Below are positions 12,206-24,725 of a stretch of 64,000 bases of DNA, piece after piece (the stretch's first letter is position 1; each line of letters begins with the position of its first letter). The notes below the pieces were generated by a model. The model had not been told where the DNA came from. It searched no databases and saw nothing but the letters and a program-made list of their open reading frames with translations. The translations under genes and the position numbers were made by a program. Origin of the DNA: Lama guanicoe (lineage: Eukaryota). Location: the NCBI GenBank assembly GCA_013239625.1, contig MU057356.1:20466980-20530979 (forward strand), written 5' to 3'.

Positions 12206-14706
12206 GCTTCAGATCCTCAAAGCCCACAAGGCTTGCGGAGAATCTAAAACTGGCCAACAAATCCTCTCTCGAAGCAACCAAGAGCTGAAACAAGGGCATA
12301 TTCATATAAGCCCCATGGTCTCTGCGAAGCAGAACTGCATATACTTCCTCCTCATGAAACATACAACAGGGACTCTGGCTCAGCGCTCCGACTTGGGCAC
12401 AACCAAGAAGAGTCGAGTCAGCAGCAGGGGCTGCTTCCAAGAATAAATCTAAGCATTTGGGAAGAAAAAGAAAGAAAAGCTGCATGCATTTGGGAGCCAT
12501 CTAAAAAATGTTCCTTGGTCAAGGACACACAGGTGCTTTCTGCTTCTCTGTGCAGTTAGAAGAACAATGACAAAAAGTGGCTCACTCGCATCAGTGCAGC
12601 AGGCTTCTAGTGGGACAGAAAGCCAAGGGCAGCACAGCTGAGTGAGGACAGGAGCCTAGAATAGATTAGAGACCACGGCTGGTGGTTCCAGGCCGAGCCC
12701 AGTGGTTTGGGGGGATGTGGACAGGTTCTAAAGGAGGGGGGGGTGCGGAGCTAGGAAGCCAAGAAGAGGCAAGAAGCCACAGAGGCCTCTACAGGAAGAG
12801 AGATGGGGCCACTCACCTCTGCTCCACCTCTGACAATAACCAAACGCCCCTTCCTCGCTGGCAAGCATCACCAGCCTCCCTTTCAGAGCCCAAGATTCTT
12901 CACCAAGACTGCCACTCTAAACATCTGCTCATTGCAAGTGTTCTGAACCTGAAGGACCTGGTGGGAAAAGGAAGTATTTCTACAGGTGGACCATGCAAGC
13001 GATCTGTGATCCCAGAAACCCTGAAGCAGGAGCAGCCTGCAATCCAGCCACGACAGCCTCATGTTATGACGACCAAGACCTCGGTGTGTAGACCCTGAGC
13101 ATTAATTGTGACTTTTGATACAGTAAAGAGCTCCGTGATGTCTGAAGTTCGTTGTTTGACTTTCTAAAATATAGAAGTGATTTATTTGTCCTCTGCTCTC
13201 CCTGAGAACCAACTTGTCACAGTCTCCCATGGCTTTTATAAGTTCCCCACAAATATCTCCCTGGTGGCTTTGCCCCTGATCAATGTCTCAGATCTCTCAG
13301 AATCCCTTGTAGAGATGCTCCTCAGAGCCTTAGACTCAGCTAATCAAGACAAAATTGCTCTCTCCTCTGAGCTTGCCTCCTTTACTCCCTGACCCCCATT
13401 TGGGCTGAGATGCCTGGATACAGGTTTGAAAATGGCTACAGTAAAAGGATAGAGCTTCGTGACAGGAAAATCTCAGTGCTCTCTCCCGAGACAAACTGGT
13501 GAACTCAACCGTTTCTGCTTAGGGCTGATCCTCCTCCTTCGTCGGGCACTAACTTCCCACACTCTCCACGCCTCTCTAGGGCTCAGATTCTTCTCTTCCG
13601 CTGGGATCCTGCACCCAGGTTTGCCTCTTACCACTTTCCTGAAGCCCAACCTCCCATCAAATTGGCCCATGTCCCCGTCTCCTCATACCCTGAACTCTGT
13701 GAATTAGTCTAATGGTGAAGTGGCACTGCTGACGGCAGATTGCAAAAGAAGGTGGTGCTTTCTGGGGGCACCTGTTGGTGGAACAGGGGGATGCTCAGAG
13801 AAGCAGAGTATAATCCAGTGCGGGCTCCACGCTGCACGCCTCCCCTGTTCTTTGAAACAGCTCTCCCACTTCCTTTGCAGAACCTTGTCTCCTCATTTGA
13901 GGGCACTATCAGGACTACTAGGATGGCCTGATCCATCATGAACAAGGGGTGGACCCAGGACCCCAACTAGGCTGGTCAGGCTGTCCTGGAGGGAAGTGAT
14001 TAAAGGATAACAAACAGCTGGGACGAACTGATCCAAAAGCAGGGCTCCAAGAGCTGGGCGTTAACTCCAGCCAGCTAGAGTTCCACCCGGGTCCGGTTCC
14101 CCTCTTGTCCCCTCTGAGGTCCGAATAACTCCCCAGTAAAGCACCCCCCCACCACCATGCCCCAGCTTTTTTCTTCTCCTTTAGATTTGTTTGCAGGGCA
14201 AAAAGCCCTAATGTCGTTTCTTACCTAAAAGAATGGTAAACCACGGACATTTTAAGAAAAGGAAGCCCGAGAAGAGAACATTTTAGCCCAAGTGGCCTTT
14301 CGGGAGGTTGAGTGTGCGCCCTGAGAAAACAGGAAATGCCCGTAGGTGCTTCCGGCTTCTCAGAGCACCCCTGTTCAACCAGTAGGCGCCACTCAGGGGA
14401 CCATCAAAGGGCTGAGGGGGACGTTTGACACGTGCCGAGACCTCTGCACGAGGATCCCCCTCATTCTCTGGTCAGGAGGGATGAATCTGTGCCAGCAGCC
14501 CGGCCAGGGTGACACAGGACACGGCTGGCTGCCCTGAAGGCAGGGTGCCCCTGCCCCGCGGTGCAGGCCAGGACCACCTGGCAGACGCCCCATCAGGGAG
14601 CCTAGGAAGGAGGGGGCGCTCTCCCTCACCCCTGTGAGGAGTGAGGCTCTGGCTCCTGGCGAGCATCCTCCTAGACAAAAGGGGTAGACGTTAAATCAGC
14701 TGTGGT

Positions 14707-14901
14707 CAGAGGCCGACTACCACGAAGCTAAGAAAGCTCAAGGTTCAGGACCCAGCACTTACACCAGCCCCATCCAGTCTCATACTAAACAAAGACCCAC
14801 TTCTACACCTGGTTCCACATTGTTCTTTTATATTTTTTATCATAAAGCAGGCCCTCCAAATTGTGTAAGCATTGGCCCCCATACAACTTGGATCTATCCT
14901 G
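14707..14901. mobile_element. Non-autonomous hAT (Tip100/Arthur1-like) DNA transposon
   Basis: Begins cagaggccga…gaagctaagaaagctcaaggttcagg and ends gccctccaaattgtgtaagc…ggatctatcctg, with degenerate TIRs. Confidence 0.55.
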
Positions 14902-16322
14902 AGTATAATACAAACAGAGGAAAGAGAAATAAAACCAGGAAACTCAAAGGTGGGAGCTCTCCGGAAAAAATTAAAAGCTGAAGCTGATTTTTACTTTTGA
15001 AGTAGAACAGAATTGTAACCAGGGTGTATCAGGACCCTCCCTTCTTTCTGTCTCACAGGGGGCTGTCCCTCACCACTTAAGGGGGGGTCCTGGACAAGCA
15101 GAGAAACGCGCCCTATGGTCCCTGGGGCTTGAGGAATCGCAGACCAAAGCGGAAGGGCCGGGCGCTCCCTGGTGATCAGGAAACAGGTGCTTCTCTTTGG
15201 AAGCAACACCACGCCCGCCTTCCTTAGAAGGAGCGCACTCTGAACCCAGCAGGATGCTTGACTGAGAGTTCAAGAAGGTATCCCTACAGCTGACACGGTA
15301 GATGGGCCGGAAAGTGTAGCTGTATTTACCTAACATTGTTCCTTACCAGTTCGGGGCTGGGAGAACCAGACCTCAGACTTTAGCCTTCAGAGGATGTCCC
15401 ATGGGGACAGGTCCACATCAGCAGTGCTTTGTTCTTCCCCAGAGCAGCTGCCAGTTCATGCTGTGCTTGTGTGAGAGTCAGAAAAATAAAGCAAGCTCCT
15501 TCCTCCATCCCAAAGGTGCTCCAGGCAGACAGGGCTTCTGCCTGACGCCTGGCTCGGTCAGTGGAGCACATCTGGAATTCTAGTCCTCGTTCACCCACCA
15601 ATGCTCTGTGCACAAACTGCCCGACTGCTCTGGGGGACCCCAAGGTCTCCTAACTCTATCTCTGGGTCACTCATCCCTTTTCTCCTGGAGCCCCTCTCTC
15701 TGCTGCTGCTTCCTGTTTCTTGCCCCATCTATTTGGATACAACCCTCCGGATGAGAGACTAGTCTGCAGGCCAGTGTGAATGATGTCCCTGGGAGATGTG
15801 TGTGGTGGTGCCCCCTTGTCCTCTGCTTCCTTCGCAGACTGCAAAGTGGAAAGAGGGGCGCTCTGTCCCATGCATGACAAGGACCCACTTTAATTTCTCC
15901 ACTGTGCTGGCTCAGGTTACTTTTTGATTAGCTCAGAGTGAACAACCTCCCAGCAAGAATTAGTATTCTTTTGAGGTCAGTGCAATCTAGTTCCATGCAA
16001 AGTAGCTTATTTTTTTCTACTAACCATGGTTTGGGTCTAATCTCAGAGAAACAATAATCCTGAAATTATTATCTTAAAGGTAAGAGTGCCATCTCCAAAG
16101 AGTTTCATTTGGATATGAAATCCCCTGCCCACAAATAAAGACGGAGGGGAGCTGCAGTAGGTGACACTACAAAACGTTGTCAGGGCCGAGCAGAAGAATA
16201 AAGCTCCAGCCCCTTTTATGCACCAGTGATTTACTTTGTTCTACTGTTTCCCTGGAAAAGTTACTCTCTCTGCTACTTAAACTATGCAGCACTTATTATG
16301 GGTGGTGAAAACCATAAGGCAG

Positions 16323-16799
16323 TTATCAGTTAGCTATTGCTACAATAATGCTGTATTAACTTAGACATGTACAACCTTACAACCATAAGCATTTATTTCT
16401 CTCTCCAAAGATCAGCTGGGGTTCAGCGGATGGAGGCTGGGTTCAGCTGGACTCGACTCCGAGCTGCAGACTAGGTCCAGGTCTCTCCACGTTTCCCATC
16501 CCCCTTGGCCCTGCAGCTCTGTGAACCATGTTGTTCTCATGGTAAATAGCGGGAGTACACATGAATAAGCTCACTTGCATAACCACAAAAACATGTTCCA
16601 AGCCTCCACTCATGTCATACCTGCTAATATGCCAATGGCCAAAGCAAGTCACGTGACCAAACCCAATCAAATCTAGTAGCCAAGCCTGGTATCAGTGGGG
16701 CAGAAAAATACATTCTACCTCTAGTGGAAGGAGTGTCAACGTTATAAAGGAAATGCTACACAGAGAGGGGAAAAGAACTGACAATAAGCCATCTACCAT
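16323..16799 (-). mobile_element. MLT1 solo LTR (MLT1H-like)
   Basis: tatcagttagctattgctacaataatgctg…atggccaaagcaagtcacgtgaccaaaccc…ccatctacca. Confidence 0.75.
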
Positions 16800-17954
16800 C
16801 AGGAGGGAGGATAAAGGGAAGGACAGGAAAGGAAATAATATTTTTAGAGCTCTATTTTGTGCCAAGGATTCTACTATGTGTTTTAGGTTCAGAATTTTAT
16901 TTTATCTCTGCAAGAACCCTATATTGTAAGTGGAAAACCGACATCTAGCTGGGAACGCTGGTGAGCAACTGAGCCAGGACTCACACACGGGTCCAGCAGA
17001 GCCCAGACCCCGCCAGTGGACCGCCAGCTGGAGATGGCAAGCTCTCTCTCCCTCTTGCAGAGCTAGAGATGGATACTGAGCCAGGAAGGAGGTAAGTAAA
17101 CTGTGATCTTTTCAAACGCAGGCTTCTCCCAAAGGGCCTCAAGCAGGAACATTATGCTTGAAGTAATAATTAGAGTCCAATGACCCGAGTCTTTCGTCAT
17201 TAGTCTGTACATCCACTGTGCACTTATTCCCAGCACTCCTGCAGGCATTTAAGCCACTCTGGGACTACAGGAGTCACACAATCTTGCCCTGAAATCTATG
17301 TTATAATGGGATCAAGTCCTCTATAACAAGTTCAAAATTTTACATGTTCTAATTGCTTTCTTGCACTTGACTTATGTGTTAATGCAGACGGTAAGTACAG
17401 GAGGAAAACGATAATGTGATCAGAAAGCGCCCCAGGTGTAGCTCTGAATCCCTAGGATCCTCTTCAGGAGAACAAAGCAGGACGCAGAAGTGTATGGATC
17501 TGGTATTAAGTTAGTTGGTGCCGAATAAATATTTATCAAAATAATGAATCCAACAAAAAGGATTATCCACCCGTGCCTCGCAGCTGTGTTGTGTCGTGGG
17601 TGACTGGGACTGGAAGGGTGATTAGAAGTCTTTTAAACCACCAACACTCCTCCATTCAGAGAAAAACACTACCTCTGAGGTTGTCTCCAACCTGCTGTCT
17701 CTCCCTTCTCCTTTCAGACATCAAGTGGCATCCTGATGATTCGCATTTATTCACTGATGATGTGGGTTCACATAGCACAGCCTTCCCCGACCCACTGGTC
17801 CCACCACTACCCTGGGGAACTTGGACACCACTGTGAAGGCTCATATGGTACCTGAGCTTCGCTCTCCCCAACTCTGTCACCTCCGGCAGCCTCACTGTCC
17901 CCCACAACCACCCACCTCCATGGCCCAGGCCTTCACCCGAGGGTATGACCCTCG

Positions 17955-18180
17955 CCACATTTTCCAGCTGCAGGTCAGAGCGGATGGTGAGTCATGAAGT
18001 GAATTTTGTGAGCTGCAGCATCTTTACAAAAGAAAATACAAAAGAAAAATCCACGAGCATTGCATGGAATAAGGGTATTTTTTTCCATGAAACTTTTGCT
18101 TGAATTACACATATTTGATGGGCTGGAGTGTCAGATTTTTTTCCCTGAAAGCTATGGTCAAATAAGTTTGGAAAATACTT
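17955..18180. mobile_element. hAT-Charlie-type DNA transposon remnant
   Basis: ttttccagctgcaggtcag…gtgagtcatgaagtgaatttt…aataagtttggaaaatact resembles Charlie-type ends. Confidence 0.4.
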
Positions 18181-18389
18181 CCCTTGGCTTTTTCATTCAC
18201 AGAACGTTCCATTTTTAAAATATCATTCTCTTATAGCCACCAATTATTACATCTGCTCACTCTCTCTTGACACACCCATTGTGGCAGCCCTTTGGTTACC
18301 ATGTGGCCCATTAGCAGGACAGGTGAGAAACTTCCAAGAACAAGAATATTGCTGCATTATTAATCTTCTACTCCATCCCAGTCCCCTCT

Positions 18390-18390
<1 letters not shown>

Positions 18391-18431
<41 letters not shown>

Positions 18432-18457
18432 TACTGTACTGCACACACACACACACA
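18391..18457. repeat. Compound (AC)19 + (CA)8 microsatellite
   Basis: Read directly. Confidence 0.95.
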
Positions 18458-18817
18458 TCGTCCAGTGCCCATGGCGTGTGTGTGCACACTCACACTTCAA
18501 TGGAGATTGAGACAGAAGGTGAGTTTCACATATGCGCTGACGTGGGGCGGAACAGACACACCACATGCAGTAAAGGAAGAAGATCAGAAGCTCACACATG
18601 GGAGTCTGCAGAAATCTTGGACCAAGTGGTGTGGACTTGGAAATCTGAATTAACTGCATGAAAATAACTCAAGATACAGGGAGATTTCAGCTGTCATCTG
18701 GACCACAAAGCCATAACCCAGAAAGAAAAGCCCAGTATTAAACACTCAAGCCATAACCTAAACTCTGAGTCAATGTACATTGTAAATTCAGATTTTCCCT
18801 CGGGCGATAGGATATAG

Positions 18818-19039
18818 CGGGCTTTCTCACCCTCAGTACTACTGACATTTTGGGTTGGAGAATTCTTTACTGGGGAAGAAGGGGGCAGTTCTCTGCTTCA
18901 TAGGATGTTTAGCAGCATCCCTGACCTCCACCCACTAGCTGCCAGCAGCACACTCCCTCCCGACGTGGGACAACCAGAAATGTCTCAGACACGGCCAAGT
19001 GACCCCCGGGGGCAAATCCACCCTAACTGAGAGCCACTG
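18818..19039. mobile_element. MER20 (hAT-Charlie), full length with intact 8 bp TSD
   Basis: tactactgacattttggg…ggatgtttagcagcatccctg…gacaaccagaaatgtctcagac…tgagagccactg. ggatatag at 18810-18817 and 19040-19047. Confidence 0.9.
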
Positions 19040-19624
19040 GGATATAGCAGTGGTGCCAAAACCAATGTCATGATCTGCCCTATGGTTGATAAGTTCTTCT
19101 CCAGCCATGATCTCTTTTGGCCCATGAAGCAGACCTGCAGGGTAAGACAGGCCCCACTGGAACTTTCCATTGCCCCACTGCCTGGGGCATCCTGGTGCTT
19201 TTTGGAGCTCAGCCTCAGCCTTTCCACTCTGAAGTAGAGAATCTGTGACTTCACGTTGCTGCATAACCACAAAATGAGCCACCTCCTGCCCTATTCTCAG
19301 TCGTCTGGCAGTCCTACAACAGGAATCAAAATACCGGGAAACAAGACACTGAAAATGCTTTGGGGGCCAAGCATGTGTATTCCCATTCTGCGCTGACTCA
19401 CAAGAACACAGAGTAGTAACATCATTCACCCTCCTCAGTTACAGGAGGCTGAGGCCCAGAGAAAAGAAATAACATTACCTGTATTGAACATGGATCAGCG
19501 GTGCCCCCTTGCTCTGGACTCTGGGTCCTCTGACCCAGAGACAGGTCTGTCTCTGTAAACTGCAGCCAGCATCAGTCCCCATCTGCCTGCATCCCAATTC
19601 CAAATTCCTGGGAGCCAGTCACAG

Positions 19625-19690
19625 TGGGGCTCTCAGGATGGCAGCACTGAAAAACTCCAGGGGGCGCTATTTACACCAACCATGGAACTC
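19625..19690. mobile_element. MER91-like fragment with CTCF-like motif
   Basis: gcactgaaaaactccagggggcgctatttacac. Confidence 0.5.
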
Positions 19691-19857
19691 CTATGGCCCC
19701 CAGTTGTTTTCAGCATGAACAGGGCTTCCGGGCCCACACCATGAATAAGGAGCATATGTCAGAGAAGGCAGTAACAGGCACCTCAGAAGGTGTCTACCGA
19801 AGTGATCTCAAAGCAGTCACTAGACTTCTTGGGGCGCTTCAGTTTCCTCATCTCAAT

Positions 19858-20660
19858 TTGGCAATTTTAAAACATGGTCCGCAAATTCTTTGCCACTCCT
19901 CCCACTGAGAGGTGTAGGTCTTGGTGCCTTCCCCTGGAATCGGGGCTTTGTGAAAATCTGACCAGTAGAATCTGGCATAAATTCTGCTATGCAGGGGTCC
20001 AGACTCAGGTTTTTAAAAATGGCAAATTTTAGGAGAAGATGGAGGGAAGGGGAATACAGAGACTGCCTGAGAGAGGCCTGGAGGCACACCGTGGCCAGGA
20101 TTTAAGACGTCTTTGTTAGTCAGACTTCATAGAGGACAATGTGGAAGACCTTCCGTAGCTAAAAGCAGAACCCGTTTTGGGTATCTCATTGCATTTAGGC
20201 CCCTTTAAATTTTATTATGTTCCAGTTTGTTATTATGAAACATTTTAAATATATAGAAAACTTGAATGAATAGTGTAATGAGCACCCAGGTATTCTGTAT
20301 ATATATATGCTGTATAAATAAAGTATTTCCTATGAAAAAAATAAAAATTAAAAATGGCAAATGTTCACATTACACCCCTTGGGATGCTCATTCTTAAGAC
20401 CTAGCCACCATGCTGTGAGGAAACCCAACTAGCCCCTGGAGAAGCCTAGCTGGACAGCCAGCACCAACTTGTTAGCCAGGTGAGGGAGCTGTCTTGGAAG
20501 TTCATGTGGCAGCTTCCAGTCAAGTTGTCTCAGCTTATCCTCCACTGGAGTAGACATGAGCCTTTCCCGTGGAGCACTTCCCAGATTGCAGACCCACGTG
20601 GTAAGTAAATGACTGTTGGTGTTTCCAGCCACTGCTCTTCGGGGCTGTGATGCAGCCAGT
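19858..20660 (+). mobile_element. MLT1F/G-like solo LTR split by a retroposed insert
   Basis: aaaacatggtccgcaaattctttgccactcctccc… then gccaccatgctgtgaggaaaccca…cccagattgcagacccacg…ttccagccactg. Confidence 0.75.
20031..20349 (+). pseudogene. Polyadenylated retroposed insert (processed transcript 3' end or orphan L1 3' transduction)
   Basis: AATAAA at 20317-20322, A-rich tail from 20335, TSD aaaaatggcaaatttt (20015-20030) and aaaaatggcaaatgtt (20350-20365), inserted at a TTTT/AAAA site. Confidence 0.8.
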
Positions 20661-21649
20661 CATATTCTCAGCCTTCCTCATGGAAGTGTTATGGCAGTCT
20701 CACCAGACAGGGGGTATGAAAAGTGAAAACTCTCAGTAAATCCCAAGAGAGTCAAATCGGCTTTATTTTGCATCATCCCAAAGTAAACAGGCAGCAAAGC
20801 CCTGGTTCTCCCAGCCAAGTCAGCGGCTGGCCTGCGTTCAGCAGGAAGAAGATGGTTGCTAAAGGCAGCGACCAGAGGAGACAGGCTGGAGGATGAGTGG
20901 GCATGAAGAAGGAGCAACACGGGACAGGAGGCTGCAATTTATCATCTCAGGGCTAAAGGTGACCCTGTGCAGCTGTCTGAGACCCTTCCTCCAGACAGAT
21001 ACATGAACAATATTGATTTTATTATAAAGATTCTATGAGAAAACAAATGTCAGTGTCAAGCAGTAAGTCTGAGTTATTCTATATTCTCTGCGGGAAATTC
21101 TAAACCAAGTCCCTTTGGTTTCCTATTTGGCCCATACCCTTGGGTTATGTTGTGAGATACATTAGGGAACAAAAGTAGAAATTCAAATGGGGAAACAAGT
21201 TAGGGGATTTGGCTGAGGAGGGGAAGCCAGTCAAAGAGACAGCCTGGAGAATGGGGCAGGGCCTACCGGCACTGCGTATGCATGGCCATCCTTGGCCTTA
21301 GTGAATCTGGCGCAGAGAGTGTTTCTAAAAGTTTCAGTCACTGCAAAGGGCTGTTGTATTGCTGACTTTCTGAAATATTTTCCCCATCTTTTTAAAGTAT
21401 ATTTTGTAAACTGAGCAGAAATATGACAGTCCAAGTCCTCCCAATGTGGTGATGGAAATCCATAAATTAGTTTGTCCTGAAAGGTGCAAACACCACCAGA
21501 GATTTTTCTGAACTAAGTTATATGCCTGGTCATTGCCCTTCAGTTTTCCTCTTTTGCAATTCGCAGCTAGACCTGAACTTGGTGGAAATGGCCTTTGACC
21601 TTCCTGCAACATTGAATCTGCTGAAAAGCTGTGGGAAGTGAGTTGCAGC

Positions 21650-24600
21650 TGAACACCTGCTGGAAAACCAAAGACAGTGTAGGTGCTGGTGCTCCTGCCG
21701 CCATGTTAGCACTGGAAGAAGTTAGAAATGAAATAGAATCAGCAATTAAAAAAACCTCCCTATAAATNNNNNNNNNNNNNNNNNNNNNNNNNNNNNNNNN
21801 NNNNNNNNNNNNNNNNNNNNNNNNNNNNNNNNNNNNNNNNNNNNNNNNNNNNNNNNNNNNNNNNNNNNNNNNNNNNNNNNNNNNNNNNNNNNNNNNNNNN
21901 NNNNNNNNNNNNNNNNNNNNNNNNNNNNNNNNNNNNNNNNNNNNNNNNNNNNNNNNNNNNNNNNNNNNNNNNNNNNNNNNNNNNNNNNNNNNNNNNNNNN
22001 NNNNNNNNNNNNNNNNNNNNNNNNNNNNNNNNNNNNNNNNNNNNNNNNNNNNNNNNNNNNNNNNNNNNNNNNNNNNNNNNNNNNNNNNNNNNNNNNNNNN
22101 NNNNNNNNNNNNNNNNNNNNNNNNNNAAGGATAAAAACCACATGAACATCTCAATAGATGCAGAAAAAGTATTTGATAAAATTCAACACCCATTTATGAT
22201 AAAAAAAAACTCTTACCAAAGTGGGTATAGAGGGAACATATCTCAACATAATAAAAACTATCACAAACCCACAGCCAGCAGAATACTCAATGGTGAAAAN
22301 NNNNNNNNNNNNNNNNNNNNNNNNNNNNNNNNNNNNNNNNNNNNNNNNNNNNNNNNNNNNNNNNNNNNNNNNNNNNNNNNNNNNNNNNNNNNNNNNNNNN
22401 NNNNNNNNNNNNNNNNNNNNNNNNNNNNNNNNNNNNNAGTGGTAAAACCGTCGCTATATGTGGATGACATGATACTATATATAGAAAACCCTAAAAGCTC
22501 CACACAAAAACTACTAGACTGATAAAAGTCGGCAAGGTAGCAGGATACAAGATTAACATACAAAAATCAATTGCATTTCTTTACACTAACAATGAAATAG
22601 CAGGAAAAGAAAGTAAAGGAATAATCCCTTTTAAAATCACATCCAAAACAAGAAAATAATTAGGAATACATCTGACCAAGAAGGTGAAAAACTTGTACAT
22701 GGAGAACTACAAAACACTGATTAAAGAAATTAAAGATGACTTAAAAAATTGGAAAGAGATCCCATGCTCTTGGATTGGAAGAATCAATATTGTTAAATTG
22801 GCCATATTACCCAAAGCAATCTACAGATACAATGCTACCCCTATCAAATTACCTATGACTTTTTCCACAGAACTAGAATAATCCTAAAATTTATACAGAA
22901 TCACAAAAGACCCAGGATTTCCAAAGCAATACTGAAGAAAAAGAACAAAGCTGGAGGAATAATCCTCCCAGACTTCAGACAATACCACAGAGCTATGGTA
23001 ATCAAAACAGCATGGTATTGGTACAAAAACAGATATATGGATCAATGGAACAGAACAGAGAGCCCAGAAATAAACCCACAGACCTACAGTCAATTAATCT
23101 TTGACAAAGAGGCAAGAATATACAATGGAATAAAGACAGTCCCTTCAGCAAGTGGTGTTGAGAAAACTGGAGAGCAGCTTGTAAAGCAATGAAGTTAGAA
23201 CACTCCCTCATATCATACACAAAAATAAACTCAAAATAAACAAACAACAAGACACTATAAACTAATTAGAAGAAAACATAGGAAAAACATTATCTGACAT
23301 AAATCTCAGCAATGTTCTCCTAGGGTAATCTACCCAGACAACAGAAACAAAAGCAAAAGAAAAAAAAGTAGGGGGACNNNNNNNNNNNNNNNNNNNNNNN
23401 NNNNNNNNNNNNNNNNNNNNNNNNNNNNNNNNNNNNNNNNNNNNNNNNNNNNNNNNNNNNNNNNNNNNNNNNNNNNNNNNNNNNNNNNNNNNNNNNNNNN
23501 NNNNNNNNNNNNAACTTAATAACAATAACAACAAAAAATAACTCGATCTAAAAATGGGCAGAAGACCTAAACAAGCTATTCTCCAATGAAGACATACCAA
23601 TAGGCATGGCCAATCGCATGTGAAAAAAGCTCAATACTGCTAATTATCAGAGAAATGAAAATCAAAACTTCAATGAGGTATTAACTCACACCAGTCAGAA
23701 TGGCCAACATTCAAAAGTTCATGAACGATAAATGCTGGAGAGGGTGTGGAGAACAGGGAACCCTCCTACGCTGCTGATGGGAATGTAGTTTGGTGCAGCT
23801 ATTATGGAAAATAGCATGGAGATTTCTCAAAAAAGCCAAAAATAGACTTACCCTATGATCCAGCAATCCCACTCCTGCACATATATCTGGAGGGAACTCT
23901 AATTCGAAAAGTTTATGCACCCCAATGTTCAGAGCAGCACTATATACAGTAACNNNNNNNNNNNNNNNNNNNNNNNNNNNNNNNNNNNNNNNNNNNNNNN
24001 NNNNNNNNNNNNNNNNNNNNNNNNNNNNNNNNNNNNNNNNNNNNNNNNNNNNNNNNNNNNNNNNNNNNNNNNNNNNNNNNNNNNNNTAGAGATCATCATT
24101 CTAAGTGAAGTAAGCCAGAAAGAGAAAGAAAAATACCATATTATCTCACTCATATATGGAATCTAAAAAAGAAAAAAAAGAGGACACTAATGAACTCATC
24201 TAAAAAACAGAAAGAGACTCACAGACATAATAAACAATCTTATGGTTACCAGGGGAAAGGGAGTGGAAAGGGATAAATTTGGGAGTTTGAGGTTTGCAAA
24301 TATTAGCCACTTTATATAAAAACAGATTGAAAAAAAAAGTTTCTTCTGTATAGCACAGGGAACTACATTCAATAATCTTGTAATATAATGAAAAAGAATA
24401 TGAAAACAAATATATGTCTGTATATGCATGACTGGGACACTGTGCTGTACACCAGAAAGTGACACATTGTAACTGACTATACTTCAATTAACAAAAAAAA
24501 AAGTGCCATAGTTTAAAAAAAAAAAAAGCCACCTCGGTCACAACAACAGAGATGAAAAATGAAGAGAAAATGAGTCCTGCAGACACTGTCTGAGGTTCAT

Positions 24601-24725
24601 GCCCAGCCATGCCTGAAACCAGTCCTACCCCTCTGCATTGCCACCTACATAAATCAATACATCCTGGTTTTGCTGAGGACTTGGGCAGGCTCTTGTGTCA
24701 CTTGCAATCAAGAGTCCGATCAAGA
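21650..24725 (+). mobile_element. MLT1J/K-like LTR remnant split by the large L1
   Basis: Left part gctggtgctcctgccgccatgtt. Right part gagtcctgcagacactgtctgagg…cagccatgcctgaaaccag…tgtgtcacttgcaatcaagagtcc. Confidence 0.55.
21723..24527 (+). mobile_element. 5'-truncated, inactivated LINE-1 (~2.8 kb): ORF2 RT to C-terminus plus 3' UTR
   Basis: Translated pieces [39 protein letters not shown] (RT motif), [24 protein letters not shown]. Multiple stops and frameshifts, four N blocks, L1 3' UTR and A tail. Confidence 0.97.

Noticed and set aside
21723-24527. Active reverse transcriptase or novel RT system
   Set aside because: Ordinary L1 ORF2 lacking the 5' UTR, ORF1 and endonuclease, with stops and frameshifts.
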